A DNA stretch of 64,000 bases, from the NCBI RefSeq assembly GCF_044704955.1, contig NC_091987.1, positions 186,992,001 to 187,056,000 on the forward strand, in the 5' to 3' direction. The notes under the pieces are model-generated. The model was not told the DNA's origin. It saw nothing but the letters and a program-made list of their open reading frames with translations, and did no database searches. How positions within the stretch are numbered: position 1 is the stretch's first letter; every line of letters starts with the position of its first letter. The position numbers and the translations under genes were made by a program. This document shows, in pieces, positions 13,504 to 26,175 of this stretch. Origin of the DNA: Pristiophorus japonicus (taxonomy: Eukaryota).

Positions 13504-15086
13504 TTACGTGCTCGGGGTCTCGCTACGAGCAGACACGACACCTTGGGGTGCAGCGCCGTGTCCAGCCAGCAAAGCATGCCGTAGGGCATTGGTTGCGGCT
13601 GTCTGCTGCCGAATGGCCTCCAACGTCTCCCTTGCAGTCTGTGCTTGCTCAGAAGACCAGTTGCAGAAGTTCGTGTAGAACTCGCTCCAGGTTGCTGGAA
13701 ACAGGCTCCAGTTCGCGGAGAACTGGCTACAGTTTGCAGAGAATCCAGCGAAACTCTGGATAAGGTCACAACCAATCACGACCGTCTCCCTGCACAGGGA
13801 TAATAAGCTCTCAGTCTGACCCCCCGTGGTAGGCAATTGCCCATCCCGCTGACCGGACCTCCATGGGATCGGCGTTTGCAACATTACGCGCCTTGGCATC
13901 GCCACCTGCACACCGCTTGATCCCGGTGCATCATCCATCTCAATAGAGATGGCGCAGGTTAATTTCCCCCCCCCCCCCCCCCCCCCCACAAAACAATCTA
14001 ATCTTCTCCTCCTCCTCCTCTTGCTCCTGCTCAACTTGAGTAATAACTTGCGTAATAACTTTCTCCTCTTCCGTCTCTTCCTCCTGCAAGCTGTTTGAAG
14101 GATCAGTAGTTGCAGATGTCTTCGCTGACTCAACGGACACTTGACCTTAGAAAGACGAATGAAATTTCTAAACAACTTATAACAATACATATCAATATTT
14201 CAGCAACCCATAACATTGCAACACTTTTCAAAACCCCATAGGAACAAGGGTTCACCAGGACTAACATGGCCTCATTCGTAGATCAAGAGTACATCGAAAT
14301 TATAAATGCATAACATTACATGCGTAGCTACGATATTTTTAGTATGTATTTAGTAATGTTTGACACATTCCGCAGTTCCCATTACTCACGAGACTCAAGG
14401 GTGGGTTCGGCCACATCATGGGTCGTGACCGAACGGCTTTCAGGCCCCACCAAGGCCACTGCAAGCCGTATGGATTCAACACATGTACCGTAGCGGAGCC
14501 GCCGCCCATCCTCCTTTGCTCCGCACGGTTGATAGATATCTTCTTCTGTAAATGATAAGATAACATTGCACGGCATAAGTTAATGGACTTGACAACAAAC
14601 ATTTAAGACTGACAGATTTAAATGTTCAATTAATAATTAAGATTGCATTGCATATGAATAATTTTTCACACTATAAGATTCAACTTAGTGTTAGGGTGCA
14701 TAAATGTATTAATAATTTAATTATTTTATATTATAAAGAAATGACATTGAAGATTCTAATTAAAATTTATAAACATCATTTAAATAATACGTATGTATAA
14801 TTTTAAATATAATTTTATATATGATTTTAAATATAAAATATAAAATGCAACATACTCTGGCTGCAGCCAGCGGGCTGTTCCATCTCTTACGGCACTGGTC
14901 TGCAGTCCGCACTTCATTAGCAATCTTGATCCATATTCTGCGATATGCCCGTGGTGGAGGTTTCCGATGCCCGCCCCATGTCAAATGCTCCCACCTTGTA
15001 CTTACATTTACAAGGGCCTCGTTGGCCTCCTCACTAAAGGCTTTGGCCCTTCTCCTTTCACTTTCTCTTTCTTCCTGCTTTGCCAT
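13504..15086 (-). pseudogene. Harbinger Myb/SANT (MSANTD-like) DNA-binding gene, three exons
   Basis: Exon 1 15086-14856 (RAKAFSEEANEALV...W...RTADQCRKRW), then GTATGT donor; exon 2 14545-14390 (TTTACAG acceptor, KKISINRAEQRRMGGG, GTGAGT donor, frameshifted); exon 3 from 14145 with an acidic tract and coiled-coil C-terminus. Confidence 0.8.
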
Positions 15087-16224
15087 TATTTTAAGAAATT
15101 AAATGAAATGAAAAGATCTGTCAAATTTCTCCATTTTTTTCCTTCAAATATACCTACTAAGCACAGAACAAACGCACAATCCTCTCTCTTTCTCTCTCTC
15201 CCACTCTCTCTGACCTCCCTGTGCTTCTGAGCATGTGCGATGACTCCTGACCTCTCGAAACAGCAAAAAAAATCAACCAAAATAAACCAACCCACACATG
15301 CACACAATAGCGTTGCTAGGAAAGCTTTTTTTTTTTCTTTGACTTCTATGACGTCTGTTTTCTTTGGGCGATCGTGAGGTCGCCGAAAAATCAGATCACC
15401 CATTTGACATTGCGGGGTAAGGCCGAGTGGAAAATCGCAAAAAAAAATGACCGATGTGCCGGCGATCAGCACGGCCGAGGCATCCCACATCGCTGGAACA
15501 TGGCCCATTTTTTGGGGCCTTAGCCACCTAATGGAAAGTCTAGCGCCTACTTTCTTGCATTATGGAAGTTTACACTCAGCTCTGTCTGTTGGCCAACGAC
15601 TTGAAGGAACTTGCATGCTTTAACTAAACATTAGTCTTGATACCACAGCTTTGGACCATTAGCAGCTTAGTGCTGTACTAGTTCAAGATACTGAATGTTG
15701 AAGTTCCTAGAAACTAAAATTTCAGTCTTTTGACCAAATTTGGTATCCTGCTAATTATATGAAAGTATAATCTTATCCACAATAAATATTGTTGTTGTCT
15801 TCATTCTAAAAATAGTTAATTTCTACAAACAAAGCATACTTCTTTCCTGCTTGCTTCGAGAAAATTATCCCTCCAGTTCTCATTCCTTTGCACTACAGCT
15901 GTGATGCTCAAACATGCTGTACCTTTGGCCCCACAAAGTTACTTTTATCAAAAATTAAATAAAGTCTATTTTAGTAAAATTGATGAAAAAGGTGAATAAA
16001 ACTGAAAAATTTAAATAATTATGTTTTTTTCCAGATATTATTTGAACTGTTCAGTTATTTAACAGCCTGATAACTTATGGACAACATCTCTGTTTGTACA
16101 AAATAATTTAGGTCTATCCACAGAAAATAAGAATTTATTTCCCTCTTTTTGAAGTATTTGTTATACAGAGTATATAGAAGCTGTACAGTTTCCCCAACCC
16201 ATCTGAAGAATTAACAATATAAAT

Positions 16225-17165
16225 TATTAGAAATCACGGATCCCTAAAAATGTATAAAACTGTTTAGAATGTATAAAACTGATACGCATGCTGTGTTTTA
16301 AATCATTGTTTAGAACTTGGAGATGAGATATCTCCTGGATTGGTGGTAGATGCTCAGAAATGCTAATGTCTTGATACCCTGCTGAGATGTTATAGTATTC
16401 TGTACTATGACAACCATTATCTGTGGTTTTCAAGTTAAAGCTTCAGTTTGTTTATGTATCTTTAAGACAGTTTGTATAGAAAAGGCTTAGAATCGAAGCA
16501 AGTTTGTAGGAATTAACGTAAACACAGGCAGTTTGCTTTGTCATAAAGACCGGTTAAAGGTGAAAAAGCTCTGGTTTGGGCCTCATAGTTCAAAGAGTAG
16601 AAGGATAAGGCTTTGTATTGATTGTACCCAGAGAGACATCAAAGGAATTCCAAGGAAAAGCATCTTTGAAAAGGTAAAAATGATGACCTGTGACCAAAAT
16701 CGTAAGACATCTTTAAGTCGGGTTTTTGAAACAAGAATCGAGACAAAGAACTCGAAGTCTTATTGGATATTACGCTTTTAGGTGAACCTCGAGAGATCAA
16801 AAGGTATTGTCAATATCCAGGGTCAGGCCACTACTAAAAGGAGAATAAAAGTAATTGACCATACAAATGGTAAGTGGAGAGTGAACTAGGTCGAGCTAGT
16901 TGAACACTTCTCGCGAGCAATCCCATGCTTTACTGCAGGAAGCTCTAAACAGAGAAAGAGACTGCAAGCCAGAGAGCTACTCACGTGCGCCGATCGGGAC
17001 GGGTATTAACTATGCTTATTGGTTGTATGTTCTTGCTATATAACTAATATGTAATATTCCGTCTTAAACTCTGATTAAACATAATATATCCACCAGATTG
17101 GTTTACAGTCAATCCTGATTATTAAAGTGACCAGAAATTGGCTTAAACTTGCCATATTTCTAACA
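16225..17165 (+). mobile_element. Solo LTR, ~0.94 kb (copy 1)
   Basis: Termini TATTAGAAAT...ATTTCTAACA; 4-bp TSD AAAT; ATTAAA ~45 nt from the 3' end; homologous to 17554, 24476 and 37350. Confidence 0.85.
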
Positions 17166-17264
17166 AAATATTGCAGGCAATGGGGAGAGCTTTGTGCTAT
17201 TCTGAATGATAATAGAAACATTTATTTCCAAAAATTAAGACCACCTCAGTCAGTGGCCGATTTA

Positions 17265-17368
17265 TAAAAGCAAAATCGTGAGGATGTTGGAAATCTGAAA
17301 TAAAAACAGAAAATGCTGGAAATACTCAGTAGGTCAGGTAGCATCTGTGAAGAGAGAAAAAGAGTTTA
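17265..17368 (-). mobile_element. Penelope-like element 3' terminal fragment
   Basis: Matches the reverse complement of 53340-53437. Confidence 0.7.
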
Positions 17369-17553
17369 GTGGCCTACTTATGATTGTCGGTGTAATACTC
17401 GAGCTCGCTCCAGTAAAGTGTGTCTATATGAGATTCAATAAAATGCATTGAGCTATCAAAGGAGAATTTTACTTATCCTTTTATTTGCAATATTCTATCA
17501 CTATTTATTACAATAGTCTACATTATGTCTCCAAAGATGAGATGTTGGTCCCT

Positions 17554-18450
17554 TGTTAGAAATAGCCAAGTTAAGGCCATCTCTGGTCACTTTATTAATC
17601 AGGATCGAATGTAAGCCAATCTGGTGGGTGTATTGTGTTTAATCAGAGTTTAAGACAGAATATAACAAATTAGTTATATAGCAAAAACATACGACCGTGA
17701 TAAGTAGTTGATACCGATTCGATCGGACAGACGGTTGACACGAGTGAGCAATTCGCTTCCTTTCGTCTGGAGCATCTCTTCCGTCTGTGAACCTCCTCTC
17801 TCTCTCTTCCATCTGTGAGCACAAGCTTTCGGGAGTTCACTTTTATTCTATTTTTAGGGGTGGGCCTGAACCAGGATATTGATAAGACCTTTTGTTCTGT
17901 AGAAGTTCCCCAAAAATCTCAATATCTAATGAGATGTTGAGGTCTTTGTCTTGATTCTCGAAACAAAGCCCATCCTAAAAATTTTGGCCACAGATCTTGT
18001 TTATACTTTCCCAGGATTTCTTCCTTTGAAATTTCTTGTCTTATCTCTTTCGTCCCATTCTCCTGCCTTTGATCCCATGAGGCCAAACTAGAGCTTTCTC
18101 ACTCCAATCGGTCGTTGTTTTCTTTACTGACTTGTGTTTATGCTAACTCCTATCAACTTCCTTCCATTACCTTTGAAAGCAGTTCTGTTAAGCTAACTTC
18201 AAATCTGACCGTAGCATTATACATAAACAAGGTTTAAGTTTTAACTTAAAGACAACAGATAATCGCTTAGTAACAGGGAGATTGTATAACCTCTGTAGGA
18301 AACCAAAACATTAGCACTTCTAAGTATCTATCTGGTCCAACGAGACTTTTCATCTGCAATTCGAACATAACCATTTAAACACAGCATTTTTCATGTCACA
18401 GTTTTAATTGCAAAACCATACACATTTTTAAGCATCTTTAGTTTCTAACA
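17554..18450 (-). mobile_element. Solo LTR, 897 bp (copy 2, inverted relative to copy 1)
   Basis: TGTTAGAAAT...GTTTCTAACA; 4-bp TSD CCCT. Confidence 0.9.
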
Positions 18451-19910
18451 CCCTTTTACTAACAATCTGTGCAGATCTCTCTTTAGTATTCAACATTGGT
18501 TGTTTTATCTGAAGATATATAGGGTACAGTCCAAGGACATGGAGTGGAGATACTAGAAATTGGGCATTTAGTTATTATCCTTTTAGTAGTAGAACCTTGT
18601 TTATTTCAATGGCATGGAAATGAAAATACAGCCTGCTTAGTATTCTCTCAGTATTAACTCTCCTCTTAGCAGTTGAAACGAGGGACACAGAGCTTTTATT
18701 GCTGGATCTTCAATATGTCATATGTTCTCTTCATTATTCTAGTGTTCAGAAACTCAATATGTTTCTCATTGTATTTCCATTTAAAATTCTTGTGAGCACG
18801 AAATGTCACATCCAGTTTTTTCCAAATATACAAGTATTTCATCAATTGCTGGTAAAAGTATTTGTCTGTAAATTTGCATTATTGAACATTTTGAAGCTTG
18901 ATTGTTACATAAAAGTAAGGAACCTCAGGGGAGAAATTTGCATCATTTGCGCCTCCTGCATATGATTTCTCGCCCGGGGCGCGGGGCCACTATTGCGTCA
19001 CACGAAATCCCGCTGATAGCACCCCAGACTGCTGCACTGGCAATAATGACATCATCGGCATGCACAGCAACCTGTTTTCGCCCTGGAGTGGAAATACCAT
19101 GAGGTCGTGGGCGATGTTCACGCCAGCCTTGCGGGTCATGCTTACCTCTATAGCAAATTAGTTTAAACAAGTATAATAGTACTGTGGCTGAATTGCCTTT
19201 TATGTACTTTGAGCCACAATTTGCAAGAGCAGGACATCTCATGGTGTGCCTGGTTAGTTAACTTTTTCCTGTATCCTTCAGCTCGAAATTTTTTTGCCCT
19301 GCAATTCCTGGAAGTGCAAGCGATAGTGGTGCAGAAAGGGCAGCAGGGCATCTGGGACTTTGATGAATGGCGGGACCAACAGGTTTTCTCCTCAGCCAAT
19401 GAGATTTAAGGATTGAGAAATTAAGAGCAAGGACTGAGAAGGAGGGTGAATTAGAGTGGGTGTATTTGAATGTCAAATCAGGTACAGAGAGGAAAAAAAA
19501 GAGGGAAAGAAAGATTGGATTAAGAGAGAGAAAAAAAGAGACAAAGGAGAAGTAAGAATTTTCTTTAAGATTTGACATTTTTAAAAATTTCCAACAATAA
19601 TTCACTACATGAAGGAATTGGGCCTTAAGTGGTTCACCTTCTGGACCGGTGTGGGGTGATTGGCAGTCAGTAACAATTATCACATTGTTAAAAGAGTACT
19701 TGCACTATTAATTGCTTGACTTACTTTTCTGAGTTTAAGGGATAATTAATGTACAAATGCAGGAATGTCATGAATCTCTTGGTGAGGTTAAGGGCGAGCT
19801 GCCATTTTCAGAGGTTAATGGCCAAGCAGCACAAATCGTCCAGCAATTTGTGACAATTCACAATTCATGAGTTGTCTCCTTCGCCAAAAGTTGCTGGTCG
19901 ATTTGTGTAT

Positions 19911-22480
19911 TAGTGATGTTGGGGAGGGCATCAAACAGGAAATTAGGAGTGCATGCAATAAAGGTGCAGCAGTTATAATGGGTGACTTTAATATGCACAT
20001 AGATTGGGCCAGCCAAACTGGAAGCAATACGGTGGAGGAGGATTTCCTGGAGTGCATAAGGGATAGTTTTCTAGACCAATATGTCGAGGAACCAACTAGG
20101 GGGGAGGCCATCTTAGACTGGGTGTTGTGTAATGAGAGAGGATTAATTAGCAATCTCATTGTGCGAGGCCCCTTGGGGAAGAGTGACCATAATATGGTGG
20201 AATTCTGCATTAGGATGGAGAATGAAACAGTTAATTGAGAGACCATGGTCCAGAACTTAAAGAAGGGTAACTTTGAAGGTATGAGGCATGAATTGGCTAA
20301 GATAGATTGGCTAATGATACTTAAGGGGTTGACTGTGGATGGGCAATGGCAGACATTTAGAGACCGCATGGATGAATTACAACAATTGTACATTCCTGTC
20401 TGGCATAAAAATAAAAAAGGGAAGGTGGCTCAACCGTGGCTATCTAGGGAAATCAGGGATAGTATTAAAGCCAAGGAAATGGCATACAAATTGGCCAGAA
20501 ATAGCAGCGAACCTGGGGACTGGGAGAAATTTAGAACTCAGCAGAGGAGGACAATGGGTTTGATTAGGGCAGGGAAAATGGAGTACGAGAAGAAGCTTGC
20601 AGGGAACATTAAGGCGGATTGCAAAAGTTTCTATAGGTATGTAAAGAGAAAAAGGTTAGTAAAGACAAATGTAGGTCCCCTGCAGTCAGAATCAGGGGAA
20701 GTCATAACGGGGAACAAAGAAATGGCAGACCAATTGAACAAGTACTTTGGTTCAGTATTCACTAAGGAGGACACAAACAACCTTCCGGATATAAAAGTGG
20801 TCAGAGGGTCTAGTAAGGAGGAGGAACTGAGGGAAATCTTTATTAGTCGGGAAATTGTGTTGGGGAAATTGATGGGATTGAAGGCCGATAAATCCCAAGG
20901 GCCTGATGGACTGCATCCCAGAGTACTTAAGGAGGTGGCCTTGGAAATAGCGGATGCATTGACAGTCATTTTCCAACATTCCATTGACTCTGGATCAGTT
21001 CCTATCGAGTGGAGGGTAGCCAATGTAACCCCACTTTTAAAAAAAAGAGGGAGAGAGAAAGCAAGGAATTATAGACCGGTCAGCCTGACCTCAGTAGTGG
21101 GTAAAATGATGGAATCAATTATTAAGGATGTCATAGCAGCGCATTTGGAAAATGGTGACATGATAGGTCCAAGTCAGCATGGATTTGTGAAAGGGAGATC
21201 ATGCTTGACAAATCTTCTGGAATTTTTTGAGGATGTTTCCAATAAAGTGGACAAAGGAGTACCAGTTGATGTGGTATATTTGGACTTTCAGAAGGCTTTC
21301 GACAAGGTCCCACACAGGAGATTAATGTGCAAAGTTAAAGCACATGGGATTGGGGGTAGTGTGCTGACGTGGATTGAGAACTGGTTGTCAGACAGGAAGC
21401 AAAGAGTAGGAGTAAATGGGTACTTTTCGGAATGGCAGGCAGTGACTAGTGGGGTACCGCAGGGTTCTGTGCTGGGGCCCCAGCTGTTTACATTGTACAT
21501 TAATGATTTAGACGAGGGGATTAAATGTAGTATCTCCAAATTTGCGGATGACACTAAGTTGGGTGGCAGTGTGAGCTGCGAGGAGGATGCTATGAGGCTG
21601 CAAAGTGACTTGGATAGGTTAGGTGAGTGGGCAAATGCGTGGCAGATGAAGTATAATGTGGATAAATGTGAGGTTATCCACTTTGGTGGTAAAAACAGAG
21701 AGACAGACTATTATCTGAATGGTGACAGATTAGGAAAAGGGAAGGTGCAACGAGACCTGGGTGTCATGGTACATCAGTCATTGAAGGTTGGCATGCAGGT
21801 ACAGCAGGCGGTTAAGAAAGCAAATGGCATGTTGGCCTTCATAGCGAGGGGATTTGAGTACAGGGGCAGGGAGGTGTTGCTACAGTTGTACAGGGCCTTG
21901 GTGAGGCCACACCTGGAGTATTGTGTACAGTTTTGGTCTCCTAACTTGAGGAAGGACATTCTTGCTATTGAGGGAGTGCAGCGAAGATTCACCAGACTGA
22001 TTCCCGGGATGGTGGGACTGACCTATCAAGAAAGACTGGATCAACTGGGCTTGTATTCACTGGAGTTCAGAAGAGTGAGAGGGGACCTCATAGAAACGTT
22101 TAAAATTCTGACGGGTTTGGACAGGTTGGATGCAGGAAGAATGTTCCCAATGTTGGGGAAGTCCAGAACCAGGGGTCACAGTCTAAGGATAAGGGGTAAG
22201 CCATTTAGGACCGAGATAAGGAGAAACCTCTTCACCCAGAGAGTGGTGAACCTGTGGAATTCTCTACCACAGAAAGTAGTTGAGGCCAATTCACTAAATA
22301 TATTCAAAAGGGAGTTAGATGAAGTCCTTACTACTCGGGGGATCAAGGGGTATGGCGTGAAAGCAGGAAGGGGGTACTGAAGTTTCATGTTCAGCCATGA
22401 ACTCATTGAATGGCGGTGCAGGCTAGAAGGGCTGAATGGCCTGCTCCTGCACCTATTTTCTATGTTTCTATGTTTCTATG
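19911..22480 (+). mobile_element. Young 5'-truncated CR1 LINE
   Basis: EN motifs IMGDFN and SDHNMV, a full RT domain, 3' UTR and (TTTCTATG)3 tail. Confidence 0.97.
20245..22380 (+). CDS. CR1 ORF2 reverse transcriptase (711 aa open; in frame with the upstream EN portion across a single TGA at 20236-20238)
   Basis: NYRPVSLTS, YLDFQKAFDKV, GVPQGSVLGP, KFADD. Confidence 0.93.
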   Translation: MVQNLKKGNFEGMRHELAKIDWLMILKGLTVDGQWQTFRDRMDELQQLYIPVWHKNKKGKVAQPWLSREIRDSIKAKEMAYKLARNSSEPGDWEKFRTQQRRTMGLIRAGKMEYEKKLAGNIKADCKSFYRYVKRKRLVKTNVGPLQSESGEVITGNKEMADQLNKYFGSVFTKEDTNNLPDIKVVRGSSKEEELREIFISREIVLGKLMGLKADKSQGPDGLHPRVLKEVALEIADALTVIFQHSIDSGSVPIEWRVANVTPLLKKRGREKARNYRPVSLTSVVGKMMESIIKDVIAAHLENGDMIGPSQHGFVKGRSCLTNLLEFFEDVSNKVDKGVPVDVVYLDFQKAFDKVPHRRLMCKVKAHGIGGSVLTWIENWLSDRKQRVGVNGYFSEWQAVTSGVPQGSVLGPQLFTLYINDLDEGIKCSISKFADDTKLGGSVSCEEDAMRLQSDLDRLGEWANAWQMKYNVDKCEVIHFGGKNRETDYYLNGDRLGKGKVQRDLGVMVHQSLKVGMQVQQAVKKANGMLAFIARGFEYRGREVLLQLYRALVRPHLEYCVQFWSPNLRKDILAIEGVQRRFTRLIPGMVGLTYQERLDQLGLYSLEFRRVRGDLIETFKILTGLDRLDAGRMFPMLGKSRTRGHSLRIRGKPFRTEIRRNLFTQRVVNLWNSLPQKVVEANSLNIFKRELDEVLTTRGIKGYGVKAGRGY

Positions 22481-24475
22481 ACAGCATGTGACGTTCACAC
22501 ATTTATTGTTTCAGCAAATTCTGGCTCATAGTTTCTATTTTTTAGTTTTCGTTTCTGTTTTTACTGGAATATGGGCACAATTCTCCTCATTTTCCCATGT
22601 TTTTTTCCCCCTCATTGTAATAAATTGCAGAAGGCTGTGTATCTAGAATAATGATGAAAATATTCCAGTTGCTCCAAATGCTGATCTATATTTTTCAATT
22701 TGTAATAAAAATAATTTAGACTTTACCGCAGACCGATTATCTGCAAGTGCTCAGAATTTTTTTAACGTTAAGGCTGAAGGACTGCATAGATGTAAGTGAG
22801 ATCCCACTTACGCACTTCTAGAGATGGTTTTCTATCCCCTTTTGGAGAATGGGTGAGGTGTCCATTGCTATCTGAAATCCAGATTAGCCTTTGAAGACGT
22901 GCATAAAGTTTTACTTTTTGTTGTCTTCCATCGCAGTTCCCCAAAAGGTTTTGTTCCCATCTATACCTCTTTTTTTGGCTGAGGTAGTTTTATTTCCATT
23001 CCTTGTGTTCAGGTCTTCTTGCAGCTTTTCTTTCCTCAATAAATACCACCCAAAAAATACTTGGGTTAAATGGTCATTTATCGTATAGCTGTTTTTATGG
23101 CTGACATGCAGTATGACAATAATTGACTTCCCAAAATAATGAATTGTGTGAAATGCTTGAAGACTTCTTGGTGATAAAAGACATGAGATATTTGGAGAAT
23201 TTTGATTATCTTGTGCTCCTTGCACTGCTCTCCTTCTGACATCAGGTGATGACCCAGAACATTTGAGTTATCATATAATTGTCTCTCTCTTGCAGATTGG
23301 CAAAAATCTTATTCAATAATCAGCTTACTAGTAGAATAAATAGTTGACTGCAGCTTATATGCACACACTAACAAAATTTGCTGATTATATTTTGCATACT
23401 CAGCAGATTCCTGCATTAGATACTTAATAAATTTAAGTCCTGCCATTATAGTATTCTATTTTGTGAGTTGCTTATAAACTGGATCAACTTCCTAAGTGCG
23501 GCCTGTCCTCGGCTTACTGTCTGACTTTCCTAAAATATGCCTCTACTGTTTATATTTTGGTACTATCGGTCTCTCAAATTCAATGTGCTGAACGTTAAAG
23601 TTTAAACTTGAAGTTGGGCTTACAGCAAAGTATTACTGCAAATATACTTATTTCTTTGTGTTTCTTCTGAACTGACCTTGAATAACTTATAGCTTGCTTT
23701 TTTACCTTTATTGTAAGATGGCTGATGTTAATCAAATTAATTGGAGACTGTAGTCAATTAGCAGAACACAATTTATTTTATAAGATTATCTACTGAAGAG
23801 CAAAAATCTCACTTAGAATTTAGAAAACTGGGATGTAGGGGCATTTATTTAATAAATCCAGTAGGAATTAAAGCAGCAAAAAATGAGTTGCCTGTGGATT
23901 ATATTAATTGCATTTGATTTCCTCCTTGATCGTGATTTGTGTCCTGATTTATGCAATAGAAAAGTTCATTAATTGTCTTGCTTCAACTGCAAACTATTCA
24001 TAAACTCACTTTTAATCTCACGAGATACATTATCCGAAAGAATTGTATGAGCTATGATTTGTGGACTACATCAATTATTCACCTTATGGAATCAATGCAG
24101 CAGTAAACTAAAGGAGTTGAAAGATTTATTATGTGACTCAAATTTCCAATAAGAAACTGAATAATTTTTTTGAAATGCGTCCATTTTGTGTTATCATATA
24201 TAGGGAGAGGTGCATTGATATTGATGGGGGTTGGTGCACAACGTTAAATCACTGTGCCTGAATGGTGAGGCAGGAGATGCCCCTGAGTTTGAGCCTCTGG
24301 TCTCATTTCACTGGACCCGGTGGGGCTTGAACAACCAGCTGGCGAAGAGTCAGCCAGGATCGGGCCACTGCTAGCTTTGCAGCGCGTCTTGTATAAGTGA
24401 AGGCTGGGAGGGGTATCAGAGTTTGGGGGATCGGGGAGTGGTGACAGCCTGCGTTCTTTTTAACGTGGTGTCCGG

Positions 24476-25388
24476 GGTTAGAAATCAGGGGTGTACAAAA
24501 TGTATATGGTTATGCGACTAAAACTGTGACACAAAGAATGCTGTGTTTAAATCGTTGTTTTGAACTGGAGACAAAATGTCTCCTCAGACTGGTATGAGAT
24601 GCTTAGAAATACTAATGTTTTGGTACCCTGCTGTGAAATGTTATGGCATTCTCCACTATGACAACCATTATCTGTTGTTTTCAAGTTAGGACTACAACTT
24701 TGTTTATGAATCTTTAAAACAATTTATTATAGAAAGGCTTGGAATGGATGGAAGTTTTAGGAGTCAACGTAAACAAGTTGCTATGTCGTAAAGGAGTTAA
24801 TGACTCTAAAACGAACAGTTTTCTAGTTTGAGCTTCAGGATTGTACCCAAGAGAATGGGGACACGAGAGATGAAATGAATTCCACAGGAAGGCATCTTTG
24901 GGAAAGTACAAACAACGAGACATGTGACCAAAATCAAGAGACATCTTGAGGGCAGACTTTGACACAAGAATCGAAACAAAGAACTTGATACAGCATTGGA
25001 TAGCAAGTTTTTCGGGAAAGCTCCATAGGTCAAAAGGTTTTGTCAATATCCCATGTCAGGCCACCCCTAAAAAGAGAATAAAATAGTCTCCTCGAGGTTG
25101 TCCACACAACCAATGTAAGGGGAGAGAGAAACAACAGTTGGGCTGTTCGAACCCTCTAGACAAATGGAAAGAGGCTGCAAGCCAGAGAACTGCTCATGTG
25201 CACCAGCCGTTTGTCCGACCGGATCGGTATCTGCTACTTGTCATGCTCATATGTTTTTACTGTATAAAAAATGTGTTATATTCTGTTTTAAACTTTGATT
25301 AAACCAATTTGATGGTTATATTGCGTTTACAGTCTAAACCTGATTATTAAAGTAATGAGAGATAGCCTTAACTTGGCTATTTCTAACA
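24476..25388 (+). mobile_element. Solo LTR (copy 3)
   Basis: GGTTAGAAAT...ATTTCTAACA, colinear with copy 1; TSD not recognisable. Confidence 0.85.
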
Positions 25389-26175
25389 GCATGTCTGCTC
25401 TTCCTGGATCCATGTTCAGGTAAGTATATGTCAAGAATAGGTAGCAAGCGGTCCCAAGTTCCAGTTTTCCTGAGTGCAGCTGACGTTGGTTACCTCTAGG
25501 GTAAACACCTCAAACAGGACATATGCTTCTTTATTTGCATGTGCAAAGAGCCAAATTCAGGTGTCGGCAGTGCACAACAATTTTTTTCCCCCCTTCCCAA
25601 TAAGGTGCGCAGTATATCTCTGGCCAGAAATAAGTACATGCTTCCAGCCCGCCATATCGGGGGCTTAGTTGACCATTTAGCACCTGGAAATTGAGCGCTG
25701 CGCAGCCGAATTTATAGGGTGGCAAATATTCTTTCATGCAATCTGCTATTCATGGATAGAAGTAACTATTCTTTGAGTTATTGGCTTACTATCCATCCTC
25801 TTTTGTAAAATGGAATTCTTGGCCAGCATCAGCAGCACAAATAGATTTCTGCTTGTTTTGGATAATATGAGGAGAGTATGAATAGAAAAAGCAATTATTT
25901 TTTGCATGCAAAGCTATATTATTGATCTTCACTCCTGGAGTTTGACATCGCCACATTGGTAGGAAATTGTAAATGTACTGACATCTCGATGCGATTTAAA
26001 CTGGATTTTTCTGGTACATGCAAAAAGTTGAAAGCAAGCATCCATCACCATGGTCTTTACCTCCCTTTTTGATTATCTTGAAAGTAAAGCAAATATTTAA
26101 TTAAGTTACATTTATGATCCAGCCAAACTATTCAAATTAATATAATTTTATTCTTTTGAAAATTCTGAATAAATT

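Larger units (their letters stand above)
11585..15546. mobile_element. PIF/Harbinger DNA transposon, two convergent genes, internally deleted
   Basis: TIRs GGGCTAGACTTTCCA (11585) / TGGAAAGTCTAGCGC (15532-15546, 14/15 match); contains a transposase on + and a Myb/SANT gene on -. Confidence 0.9.
19211..22527. mobile_element. Harbinger-type MITE split by the young CR1
   Basis: TIRs GAGCCACAATTTGC / GCAAATTCTGGCTC (13/14 match). Confidence 0.65.

Noticed and set aside
13965-13987. Poly-C run giving poly-Gly in the Myb gene
   Set aside because: A homopolymer of unreliable length that probably causes the local frameshift; not evidence of function
22860-23260. 104-aa minus-strand ORF in unique-looking DNA
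   Set aside because: No recognisable motif or convincing splice sites; cannot be supported as an exon or TE
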